Below, in pieces: positions 18,685 through 30,291 of a DNA stretch of 64,000 bases (position 1 is its first letter; each line of letters begins with the position of its first letter). The stretch is taken from positions 1,312,001 through 1,376,000 of the forward strand of contig CAVWCF010000001.1 of assembly GCA_963753435.1 (NCBI GenBank), read 5' to 3'. A model generated the notes under the pieces. The model was not told the DNA's origin and made no database searches. It was given only the letters and a program-made list of their open reading frames with translations. The DNA comes from an uncultured Actinomycetota bacterium (GTDB lineage: Bacteria > Actinomycetota > Actinomycetes > CAVWCF01). The position numbers were made by a program, and so were the translations under genes.

Positions 18685-20124
18685 TCAGGAGCGAACCAGC
18701 CCTCTTGCGGACAGCGCAGCCAGCACGACGTCGCTCCAGTTCGACAGCGACGAGTCCGGCAGGAAGTGCTGCACAACCGTCTCTTCAGCGCGCTGCCCCA
18801 GTTGCCCGCTCAACGCCTCGTCCCGGAGCAGCCGACGAACGGCTTCGCCGAACTCGGGAAGGTCGGTCGGTTCGACCAGCAGTCCGTTGACGCCATCGGT
18901 GATCTGGTCCTGGATACCGCCTACGCGGCTACCAACCACGGCCTTGCCCTTGAACATGGCCTCGGCCACCGTGAGCCCGAATCCCTCCGCCAGGCTCTTC
19001 TGCACGACGACACTGGCGTGCCGCTGCAGCGCGTTCACAATGATTCCGTTCTCGTCCGCGTCAGCCATCGGCAGGCACACAAGCTGAACCCGGCTGCGAG
19101 CCGCATGCGGCAGGTTCATCCACTCCACCCGCACGGCGTCCAGCACCTGCGCTGCCTCCGGGTCGTCGGCGATGCTGGTGACAACGGGCCCGGCGAGGAC
19201 GAGGTGGGCGTCGGTGCCGTCCAACACGTGCTCGACGAAGCCGTGCATCACGCCGGACATGTCCTTCAGCGGATCCCAGCGGGAAATCTGGGTCACCAGC
19301 GGCTGACCTGGAGCCGGCGGCGGGCCGGAGCGGATGATGTCGGCGTAGTGCAGCACTCGGCCGGGGGTGCCGTCAGATCGGGTGAAGGAGACCGGGGTCG
19401 CTGGAGCGCCGTCGATGATGCCGACGTAACGCAGGACGTCCTCCGCCTCCGCTGGGCTGATCTGCCGGTTCTTCGGTGCCATCGGGTCGATGGCCGGGTG
19501 GATTACGTGGAGGCGATCCGCCGGAACCCAGTCCGGCACGTAAGCGTGCCGGGTGAACACATACGCGTCGATGTACGGCTCGAGGAACGGTCGCAAGAAC
19601 TCCCAGACCTCAGCGCTGTACTCGGTGCCGTTCTCGGTGCCGACGTGACAACGCCACACCAGTGGCACTCCCCAGTTCGCCATCAATGGGGCCAGCGCGG
19701 CCGGCTGTGGATCATGTAGCAGCACGACGTCACCGGCGACGACGTTGGCCGCCAGTTCCTCGGCATTGGCAGCGGCCACTGCCGCCAAGTGCTCGGCCTG
19801 CTCCGGACCAAGCGGACCCCCGTCGCCGGGGCGGCCGTGCAGACGGTGATGAATGCGCTTGGTGATCTCGAAGAACTCCGGGTCACCGTCCATGACGAAC
19901 CAACTGGCGTCGATGTCGACACCGCGGGTGTACGGGAGCAGCACATGCAGCATCTCCGCCACCCCGCCACCGTGGGCGGTGGAGCTGACGTTGACGATCC
20001 CGCGGCCGGCCAGCGCTTCGCGGACAGCGGTCGCGCTGCCCTCAACCAACTGTGACAACCGGCCGGACTCCACGACCCGGGCCAGGTCGCGAATAGACCG
20101 CGCCTGAACGTCGACCTTTTGCAT
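18685..20124 (-). CDS. TreT-like GT4 glycosyltransferase (trehalose synthase-like)
   Basis: VSSTAHGGGVAEML, QISRWDPLKD, QKSLAEGFGLTVAEAMFKGK. Confidence 0.85.
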   Translation of the reverse strand: MQKVDVQARSIRDLARVVESGRLSQLVEGSATAVREALAGRGIVNVSSTAHGGGVAEMLHVLLPYTRGVDIDASWFVMDGDPEFFEITKRIHHRLHGRPGDGGPLGPEQAEHLAAVAAANAEELAANVVAGDVVLLHDPQPAALAPLMANWGVPLVWRCHVGTENGTEYSAEVWEFLRPFLEPYIDAYVFTRHAYVPDWVPADRLHVIHPAIDPMAPKNRQISPAEAEDVLRYVGIIDGAPATPVSFTRSDGTPGRVLHYADIIRSGPPPAPGQPLVTQISRWDPLKDMSGVMHGFVEHVLDGTDAHLVLAGPVVTSIADDPEAAQVLDAVRVEWMNLPHAARSRVQLVCLPMADADENGIIVNALQRHASVVVQKSLAEGFGLTVAEAMFKGKAVVGSRVGGIQDQITDGVNGLLVEPTDLPEFGEAVRRLLRDEALSGQLGQRAEETVVQHFLPDSSLSNWSDVVLAALSARGLVRS

Positions 20125-20223
20125 GGTTCCCCCGTCTCACCTGTTCACTCGGAGCGGGAACAGCATGAACGATCCGCGATCTGGATTCGAGTGCCAACGG
20201 CCCCGGCCGTTGGGCCCGGTCTT

Positions 20224-20244
20224 ATCTTGACTCATTCCAGAATA
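20224..20244. promoter_or_regulatory. FurA operator/promoter
   Basis: ATCTTGACTCATTCCAGAATA resembles the mycobacterial furA autoregulatory site. Confidence 0.7.
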
Positions 20245-20255
20245 CAGTCCAAGGT

Positions 20256-22914
<2,659 letters not shown>

Positions 22915-22956
22915 GGGCACTTGCCGGTAGGCCGCCCAGGCGAAAGCCTGAGAACC

Positions 22957-24330
22957 GTGGTGAACCTGACGTTCCTGGGCGGCACCGGCACGGTGACGGG
23001 TAGCAAGTTCTTGCTGCAAACGCAGTCTTCGCGCGTCCTGGCTGAGGCCGGCCTGTTTCAAGGGCTGCGCGACCTGCGCCGTCGCAACTGGGCGCCGTTC
23101 GCAGTGCCACCGGAGAGCCTGGACGCGGTGACGCTCACGCACGCCCACCTGGACCATTGCGGCTACCTGCCGCGGCTGGCCCGCGACGGCTTCACCGGTC
23201 CAGCGCTGGCGTCGCGGTGGACAGCAGAGTTGGCGGCGATCGTTCTGCGCGACAGCGCGCATCTGCAGGAAGAAGACGCGAAGTACGCAGAGCGCAAGGG
23301 CTTCTCCAAGCACTCCCCGCCACTGCCGCTGTACGACTCAGGAGACGCCGAGCGCGCGATCGCCCTGTTGCGCTCGTTGCCGTTCGGGCAGCGAACTCAG
23401 ATCACCGACGACGTCTACGTGCGTATCGAGCCGGCCGGGCACATCCTCGGCTCAGCGATCCTGCAACTGGAGGCCGACGGGACCAGCGTCGTACTCAGCG
23501 GTGACCTCGGTCGCAACACACATCCGATTCTCAAGGCCCCCGCTCCGCCGCCGGACGCTGACTTCGTTCTCGTTGAGTCCACCTACGGCGACCGGGACCA
23601 TGAGGACCCCGGCGAGGTGCTGGCGGACGCGATCCGACGCACCGTCGCCCGCGGTGGATCGGTGGTGATCCCCGCATTCGCAGTGGACCGCACCGAGATC
23701 TTGCTCCACGAGTTGTCCCGGCTGCTTCGAACCGGTGCGATCCCCGACGTCCCCGTCTACGTCGACTCGCCGATGGCGTTGGCGGCCCTGCGGCTGTACC
23801 GGGAGGCGATCCGGGAAGGGTCTGAGGAGATCCGACCGGAGTTGCTCAACGGCAACGACCCGTTCGATCACGAGTACTTCAACGAGGCTCACACCGTTGA
23901 GGAGTCCAAGAAGCTCAACGACCCCGTCTCGCCGGTGATCATCGTCTCCGCATCCGGCATGGCGACCGGGGGCCGCGTCGTCCACCACCTGGCCAGCATG
24001 CTGCCGGACCCCAAACACACGGTCGTGCTGTCCGGCTTCCAGGCGGTGGGTACCCGCGGGCGCGACCTGCTCGAAGGCGCCCAACAGCTGAAGATGCACG
24101 GCCGCTACGTCCGGGTTCGGGCCGAGGTTGTGAAACTGCCCGGCTTCAGCGCGCACGCCGACGCCGACGAGCTCGTGCAGTGGTTGGCTCGAGCCGCACG
24201 CCCGCCGGAGACTTGCTACGTCGTCCATGGCGAGCAGGAAGCCTCGGCGTTACTGGCCGACCGCATCCGGGAGGAACTGGACTGGACGGTCGTGGCGCCG
24301 AGACCTGGCGAAGTCGTGCGTCTCTCCTAA
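22957..24330 (+). CDS. beta-CASP metallo-beta-lactamase-fold ribonuclease
   Basis: LTHAHLDHCG, AGHILGSA, ESTYGDR, SASGMATGGR, FSAHAD, VVHGE. Confidence 0.92.
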   Translation: MVNLTFLGGTGTVTGSKFLLQTQSSRVLAEAGLFQGLRDLRRRNWAPFAVPPESLDAVTLTHAHLDHCGYLPRLARDGFTGPALASRWTAELAAIVLRDSAHLQEEDAKYAERKGFSKHSPPLPLYDSGDAERAIALLRSLPFGQRTQITDDVYVRIEPAGHILGSAILQLEADGTSVVLSGDLGRNTHPILKAPAPPPDADFVLVESTYGDRDHEDPGEVLADAIRRTVARGGSVVIPAFAVDRTEILLHELSRLLRTGAIPDVPVYVDSPMALAALRLYREAIREGSEEIRPELLNGNDPFDHEYFNEAHTVEESKKLNDPVSPVIIVSASGMATGGRVVHHLASMLPDPKHTVVLSGFQAVGTRGRDLLEGAQQLKMHGRYVRVRAEVVKLPGFSAHADADELVQWLARAARPPETCYVVHGEQEASALLADRIREELDWTVVAPRPGEVVRLS

Positions 24331-24341
24331 GCCGGATCCTC

Positions 24342-24797
24342 CTAAGCCGGATGCGTCTTATCGGAGGGCCGGCCGATCTGCAGGAAACGATGTGCGCCAG
24401 CGGCCACCAAGGCGGCGAGACCGGCAGCCAGCAGGATGGCCATCGCCCACTGCGCATAGAGGAGTCGACCGGCGTCGGCAATTCCCGGCCCTTCGTCCCC
24501 GGCGTTGCGGGCGAGTACGAACAGTGGGGCGGCCAGGGCCAGCACCGCCCAGGCGCATACTCCGGCGACGTAGGTTGACCAGGAATCGGCAGAGTGGCTG
24601 TCGGACCGCAGCAGGCGCGACATCGACCAGCCGGCCAACAGCCCACAAATGACGAGCGCCAAACCAGCGGCACCCCAGAAGAGAGGTCGCTCAACCCCGC
24701 CCACGGTCCCCTCCGCCTGTAGCCACTCCAATACCCAGGCTGGTGTGGTGCCCAGGAGCACGACAGCAGTGCCAGCGAGTGCGACGCGCGCGGTCAT
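24342..24797 (-). CDS. hypothetical membrane protein
   Basis: Four hydrophobic segments; ATG overlaps the upstream stop. Confidence 0.6.
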   Translation of the reverse strand: MTARVALAGTAVVLLGTTPAWVLEWLQAEGTVGGVERPLFWGAAGLALVICGLLAGWSMSRLLRSDSHSADSWSTYVAGVCAWAVLALAAPLFVLARNAGDEGPGIADAGRLLYAQWAMAILLAAGLAALVAAGAHRFLQIGRPSDKTHPA

Positions 24798-25777
24798 GGC
24801 GCGCTCCCGGGCCAAGCCTTGTTGAGTTCGAATTGGTCGAAGACGCGGCCGCGATCGTCGATAGCTTGGGCGCGCAACTGGCCCGCCTCGACGTCGATCA
24901 GCATGAACTGCAGCGTTTCCTTTGCCATGGCGGTGAAGTCGCTGGCACCGACCCGGGAAATCTTGCAGCCACCGCCGGAGATCACATACACGACGCCCTG
25001 CTGCGGCTTGGTGCGTTCGTAGAAGTGGTCGTGGCCGGTAAGCACAAGGTCGACCCCGTACTCGACGAACAGCGGCTCCACCGCATTGCGGACCTGCAGC
25101 CAGGAACCGCGCTTGCCCGACGAGTAGGGCGGGTGATGCAGGGCGGCGACCTTCCAGGGCGCGTCGGAGGCGGCCAACTCCTGTTCCAACCAAGCCAGTT
25201 GTTCGGCGGCAGCGTTCCCGGTGATCAGTGGGGTGCTGGAGTCAAGGATGAAGAAGTCCACCGGACCGCGGCGCACCCGGTAGTAGCGGCCTTCCTCGCC
25301 GGCGAGCCGCAGGAGGTCGGCGATCTCGGCGTTCGCGTAGGCGCTGGGCTTCTCCTCGTACTCGTGATTGCCAACGGCAATCTCAAACCGCACGCCAGCG
25401 TCAAGCAGGGGTGCGTACGGGCGCTGGAAGACCGCTTCCCATCGATCGGCGATGCTGCCGTAATAGGAGACGTCCCCAACGTGGATAACCAACCCGTAAG
25501 GGGAGCGCTCATAGGCCTCGGCCATACGCGTGGCGATCGCCATCGCGTTACGACCGCCACTGCCGCTGTCGCCGAGCACGGCGAACCGAATGAACTGTTC
25601 GTCCTCCACCCAAGCCCGCGGCTGCAGGCGCAGGTTCGGCGGCTGCCCCGGGAAGAAGTCCTCGCGCCACCGGGCCCAGGGATAGACGAACGCGGCCAGC
25701 ACCGCGGTGCCGACCAGGGCACCGATCACGGAGATGGCGACCACCGCCGTCCGGCGGCGCGCCAGCCGCCCGGCCAC
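24794..25777 (-). CDS. exported metallophosphoesterase (purple acid phosphatase-like)
   Basis: GDSG, GDVSY, GNHE, HHPPY, GHDHFYER; N-terminal TM. Confidence 0.9.
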   Translation of the reverse strand: MAGRLARRRTAVVAISVIGALVGTAVLAAFVYPWARWREDFFPGQPPNLRLQPRAWVEDEQFIRFAVLGDSGSGGRNAMAIATRMAEAYERSPYGLVIHVGDVSYYGSIADRWEAVFQRPYAPLLDAGVRFEIAVGNHEYEEKPSAYANAEIADLLRLAGEEGRYYRVRRGPVDFFILDSSTPLITGNAAAEQLAWLEQELAASDAPWKVAALHHPPYSSGKRGSWLQVRNAVEPLFVEYGVDLVLTGHDHFYERTKPQQGVVYVISGGGCKISRVGASDFTAMAKETLQFMLIDVEAGQLRAQAIDDRGRVFDQFELNKAWPGSAP

Positions 25778-25894
25778 AACTTCACGCTAGGTCAGACCCG
25801 CTTCGCAAGAGCAGGGCCGGAAGGCCCCGCCGCGAGGTGTCGAGCCGCCGTAGGTTGGCCTCGTGGTCGAGTCAGCGCGGCCTTGGCCCGGTCG

Positions 25895-28234
25895 ATGAGC
25901 AGCCCGCCGGAGCCCAGCGCGCGTCAGTGGTGGGCCGAGCGCGGCGACGAGGTGCTGCTGGTCGTCTCGCTGGTCCTGCTTGCCGCTGGCGGTGTGGCCT
26001 TTGTAGCTGGAACCAGGTCGACCGCTGACGGCCTGTGGAATGCCGCCACCGCTCTTGGTCTGGTGCTTTCCGTTACTTGGACCGCCAGCGCGCTGCGCCA
26101 GCGGCGCCCGACCGTGGACGTCATCGCCGTCTTGGCGCTCGGAGGCGCACTGCTGGTGGACGAAGCGTTCGCCGGGGCAGTCATCACGGTGATGCTGACA
26201 ACCGGACAGGCGCTTGAGGCGCGGGCGGCCGCCCGGGCCCGGCGAGAACTCAGTTTGCTGGTGGAACGGGCCCCGCGTCGAGCCCGGCTCCGAGTGGAAA
26301 CCGGGGTGGTTGACGTCCCCGCTGAGGAGGTGGGCGTCGGCGACCGAGTGCTCGTCGGCAGCGGCGAAGTAGTCCCAGTCGACGGCCGGCTACAGGCCCC
26401 CGCGGTCCTGGACGAGTCCGCCCTGAGCGGCGAGCCACTTCCCGTGGAGCACCCGTTCGGCGACGAGATCCGCAGCGGCGTGGTCAACGCGGGTTCGCCA
26501 TTCGACCTTGTTGCCACCGCTTCAGCGGCCGAGTCCACCTACGCAGGTGTGGTCCGGCTGGTGGAGCAGGCCCAGGCCAGTTCTGCCCCCTTCGTTCGCA
26601 TGGCAGACCGCCTGGCCGTGCTGTTCGTTCCACTAACCCTGCTGCTCGCCGGAGCAGCGTGGGCGGGCAGCGGCGACGCGGTGCGAGCGGTGGCGGTGCT
26701 GGTGGTTGCCACCCCCTGCCCGCTGCTGCTGGCCGCACCGATCGCGATCATGTCGGGGCTTTCCCGCGCTGCCAGATCGGGTGTGGTCGTCAAAGGCGGT
26801 GCGGTGCTCGAGCGGCTCGCTGCAGGTGAAGTCATGCTCTTCGACAAGACCGGAACACTCACTCACGGTCGGCCAACTGTTCGCGACGTGGTGATGGCCG
26901 ATGGCGGGATCGACCCCGATCAGGTCGTGCAGTTGGCGGCCAGCCTTGACCAGGTTTCGCCGCACGTGCTCGCGACGGCCATCGTGACGGAGGCAGCCCA
27001 GCGGGGTCTGTCGCTGCGAATGCCTGACTCAGTGCAAGAAGTCGCCGGCTACGGCCTTTCGGGGCGCGTCGGTGAGCACGAGGTCAAAGTCGGAAAGTTG
27101 TCCTGGGTCGTTGGCGACGCACACCCGCCCTGGGTGCGGCAAGCCAGACGGAGGGCGGCGCTGGATGGATCGCTGATCGTGTTCGTCGCAATCGACGACA
27201 GACCCGCGGCAGCATTCCTCCTGGAGGACGTGATTCGCCCCGATGCCCCGCGAATGGTGCGCTCCCTACGGAAAGCAGGCATCCGACGCGTAGTCCTTGT
27301 GACAGGCGATCGCAGCGACATCGCCGACATGGTCGGTCGGGTGGTGGGAGTCGACACCGCGCTGGCCGACTGCGATCCCGCCGACAAGGTCGCCGCAGTG
27401 GCCGAGGAATCCGCGAAGGCCACCTCGGTCATGGTGGGCGATGGCGTGAACGACGCTCCCGCTCTGGCCACGGCCGACGTCGGTGTCGCGCTCGCCGCCC
27501 ACGGCTCAACCGCCTCGTCTGAGGCGGCCGACGTCGTACTGACCGTCGACAGAGTTGATGCCCTTGCCGAGGCGATGCTGGTCGCCCGTCGATCCCGGCG
27601 CATCGCCTGGCAGGCGGTCGGCGTCGGCATGGGCCTATCCCTGGTGGCGATGGGCGCCGCCGCCCTCGGCCTGCTCCCACCGGCGGCGGGTGCCGTGCTG
27701 CAGGAAGGCATCGACGTGCTTGCGATCGGTATCGCCTTGCGCAGCGTGCTCCCCGGTCGCAGCCACGTCCGGGCGCTGCCCCCGGCCGACGTCGAGACCG
27801 CTAATCGCCTGCGCGTTGAGCACGACTCGATGCAGGACCTGGTGGAAAAGGTCCGCACCGTCGCCGATGGCCTCGTGGAGACCGACTGCGATCTCGGCCC
27901 CGTCAAGGTTGTCGCCGAGCGCCTCGAACTCGAACTCCTGCCCCATGAGCGGGCGGAGGAGGAGCAACTGGTCCCTCTCGTCGCGCGAGCGCTGGGCAGT
28001 GAGGCAACTGCGGCACTCAGCCGTACCCACGCCGAGATCGAGCACCAGACCCGTCGATTGCAGCGCCTGCTGCACGAGTTGGAGGACGACGTCGCGCAGC
28101 CAGAGGATGTGACCGAACTGCGGCGGATGCTGTACGGGTTGTACGGGATCCTCCGCCTGCACAACGCCCAGGAAGAGGAGAGCGCCTTCAGCCTTGTTCC
28201 CCCGATGAGCACGAGCACGACTAGTCCGAAATAG
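25895..28234 (+). CDS. P1B-5-type heavy-metal ATPase with C-terminal hemerythrin domain
   Basis: ATPCP, DKTGTLT, GDGVNDAP, QEGID; C-terminal EHDS..HERAEE..THAEI..HNAQEE ligand pattern. Confidence 0.9.
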   Translation: MSSPPEPSARQWWAERGDEVLLVVSLVLLAAGGVAFVAGTRSTADGLWNAATALGLVLSVTWTASALRQRRPTVDVIAVLALGGALLVDEAFAGAVITVMLTTGQALEARAAARARRELSLLVERAPRRARLRVETGVVDVPAEEVGVGDRVLVGSGEVVPVDGRLQAPAVLDESALSGEPLPVEHPFGDEIRSGVVNAGSPFDLVATASAAESTYAGVVRLVEQAQASSAPFVRMADRLAVLFVPLTLLLAGAAWAGSGDAVRAVAVLVVATPCPLLLAAPIAIMSGLSRAARSGVVVKGGAVLERLAAGEVMLFDKTGTLTHGRPTVRDVVMADGGIDPDQVVQLAASLDQVSPHVLATAIVTEAAQRGLSLRMPDSVQEVAGYGLSGRVGEHEVKVGKLSWVVGDAHPPWVRQARRRAALDGSLIVFVAIDDRPAAAFLLEDVIRPDAPRMVRSLRKAGIRRVVLVTGDRSDIADMVGRVVGVDTALADCDPADKVAAVAEESAKATSVMVGDGVNDAPALATADVGVALAAHGSTASSEAADVVLTVDRVDALAEAMLVARRSRRIAWQAVGVGMGLSLVAMGAAALGLLPPAAGAVLQEGIDVLAIGIALRSVLPGRSHVRALPPADVETANRLRVEHDSMQDLVEKVRTVADGLVETDCDLGPVKVVAERLELELLPHERAEEEQLVPLVARALGSEATAALSRTHAEIEHQTRRLQRLLHELEDDVAQPEDVTELRRMLYGLYGILRLHNAQEEESAFSLVPPMSTSTTSPK

Positions 28235-28243
28235 GTTTGGCCA

Positions 28244-28972
28244 ATGATCGAGAACGCCGTCGCAGTCACTGGACTGTCCGTGGCGCGCGGCGGGCGCGAC
28301 GTCGTCTGCGATCTCAGTTTCAGCCTGGCTCCAGGCACCCTCACCGGTTTGCTCGGGCCCTCCGGGTCCGGCAAGACGACGCTCATGCGCGCCCTGGTTG
28401 GCGTGCAGGCAAACGTTCGCGGCGACGTCGAGGTACTCGGACTCCCGGCTGGAACCCCGGCGCTGCGCAATCGGGTCGGCTATGTCACTCAGGACGCGTC
28501 GGTCTATCTGGACCTGACGGTGCGGGAGAACCTGCGGTACTTCGCGGCATTGCTGGATGCGCCGGCGGCGCAGGCTGATGAACTCCTTGAGTCGGTTGAC
28601 CTGACCGAGCGGGCCGATCAGCTGGTTTCCACGCTCTCCGGCGGCGAGAAGTCACGGGTGTCCTTGGCCACCGCGCTGCTGAACGAACCGGCACTGCTGG
28701 TGCTGGACGAGCCGACCGTGGGTTTGGACCCGGTCCTGCGCCGCGACCTGTGGGACCTGTTCCGCCGCTACGCCGGTACCGGGGTGACCGTTCTCGTGTC
28801 CAGCCATGTGATGGACGAGGCAACCCGATGCGATCGTCTGCTGCTGATGCGCGAAGGGCAACTGATCGCCGATGGCACCGAGGCGGAGTTGCTGGCGGCG
28901 GCCGGTTGCCAGGACGTTGAGTCGGCGTTCCTCGCACTCGTCGAGGAACAACAAGGGGAGGCCGGGCGATGA
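28244..28972 (+). CDS. ABC transporter ATP-binding protein
   Basis: GPSGSGKTT, LSGGEK, LDEPTVGLDP. Confidence 0.95.
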   Translation: MIENAVAVTGLSVARGGRDVVCDLSFSLAPGTLTGLLGPSGSGKTTLMRALVGVQANVRGDVEVLGLPAGTPALRNRVGYVTQDASVYLDLTVRENLRYFAALLDAPAAQADELLESVDLTERADQLVSTLSGGEKSRVSLATALLNEPALLVLDEPTVGLDPVLRRDLWDLFRRYAGTGVTVLVSSHVMDEATRCDRLLLMREGQLIADGTEAELLAAAGCQDVESAFLALVEEQQGEAGR

Positions 28973-29706
28973 CCGGGCGCATCCTCTTCGCCACGACTTC
29001 ACGCGTGCTGAGGCAACTTCGTCACGATCCCCGCACGATCGCGCTGCTGTTGGTGGTGCCGTCCGTGCTCATGGGCCTGTTGGCCTGGATCCTGGTGGAC
29101 ACGCCAGGCGCCTACGACCGCTTCGGGCTCTCGCTCCTCGGTGTCTTCCCGCTAATCGTCATGTTCATGGTCACCGCGGTGGCCACCCTTCGGGAACGAA
29201 CCACCGGAACGATGGAGCGACTGCTGGCGACCCCGGCTGGCAAGGGCGACGTGGTCCTCGGCTACGGCCTCGCCTTCGGGCTCGCCGCCACCGTGCAAGC
29301 AGTCGTAGTCGCCGGCTTGTCCTTCGTCTTGTTCGGGCTGGACGCAGCCGGGCCGTTCTGGGCCGTGGTGCTGGTGGCCGTGAGCGTCGCTGTCCTAGGC
29401 ACCGCACTCGGACTCGGCGCCAGCTCGATGGCCGCGACGGAGTTCCAGGCTGCTCAGTTCATGCCCGCAATCATCCTGCCGCAGCTGCTGCTGTGCGGGC
29501 TGGTCGTTCCCCGTGACCAACTGCCCGCACCCCTGGAGGCGTTGTCCAACATCCTGCCGATGTCCTACGCCGTTGACGCGATGCAGGAACTGACGACTTC
29601 CGCTGAAGTGGGTTCGCAGGTGTGGACGGACCTGGCCGTCATCGCTGCATTCACCGCCGGCGCGCTGATCCTCGGGGCAACCACTTTGCGTCGCCGTACC
29701 GCCTGA
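28969..29706 (+). CDS. ABC-2 transporter permease
   Basis: QLRHDPRT, RERTTGTMERLL, six TMs. Confidence 0.92.
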   Translation: MTGRILFATTSRVLRQLRHDPRTIALLLVVPSVLMGLLAWILVDTPGAYDRFGLSLLGVFPLIVMFMVTAVATLRERTTGTMERLLATPAGKGDVVLGYGLAFGLAATVQAVVVAGLSFVLFGLDAAGPFWAVVLVAVSVAVLGTALGLGASSMAATEFQAAQFMPAIILPQLLLCGLVVPRDQLPAPLEALSNILPMSYAVDAMQELTTSAEVGSQVWTDLAVIAAFTAGALILGATTLRRRTA

Positions 29707-29734
29707 ATTCACCACCGGTGGGGACCTCGTGGAA

Positions 29735-30139
29735 TCAGTCAGTGCCCCGCAAGGCGCTGTCCTCCTGATTCCGGTCGCGCACCGGCGACCGCCAAGCCCA
29801 GACCATGAGCGGAATCTGCAGTGGTAGCCGTAGCCAGACCGCTGCGGTGGCGGCCGCGGATTCGTCCGCGGCGGTCACGTCGATGGCCATCTGCCAGTTC
29901 CCGACCCAGATGACCGCCAGCGTCGCGGTCGCCGCAGCCGGGGCCCAGCGGCGGCGAGCAAGCAGGCCCGCGGCGCAGACGAGTTCGGCGACTCCGCTGC
30001 CGATCACCCATGGGGTCGGGTCGCCGAGCGCCTCCGGGATCAGCGGCTCGAATACCGACGGGCGGACCAGGTGCACTGCACCGCTAAGAGTGAAGGCACC
30101 AGCAACTATGCGCGTGCCCCACGGCAGCCGAGGTGCCAT
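29735..30139 (-). CDS. DoxX-like membrane protein
   Basis: SGAVHLVRP..F..LIP, SGVAEL, RLPLQIPL. Confidence 0.75.
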   Translation of the reverse strand: MAPRLPWGTRIVAGAFTLSGAVHLVRPSVFEPLIPEALGDPTPWVIGSGVAELVCAAGLLARRRWAPAAATATLAVIWVGNWQMAIDVTAADESAAATAAVWLRLPLQIPLMVWAWRSPVRDRNQEDSALRGTD

Positions 30140-30291
30140 CACGCGCTGAACCCCGGCCACGTCACACCATCACCCTAGGCCTGCCTGGGAACTTCCTCCG
30201 GGGGACCTGGACAGCAACGTTCAGGACCTCCTTCTCTAGCCGCGATCCGGCGGCGCAAGTTGACTGGAACTCCCGGAAGGGGAGCGTCGCT

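Noticed and set aside
24743-25894. N-terminal 384 aa of the 1163-aa ORF as part of the ATPase
   Set aside because: Mostly antisense to the metallophosphoesterase; the real start is near 25895. Long extensions on dnaX, pntA, pntB, katG and the helicase were trimmed for similar reasons
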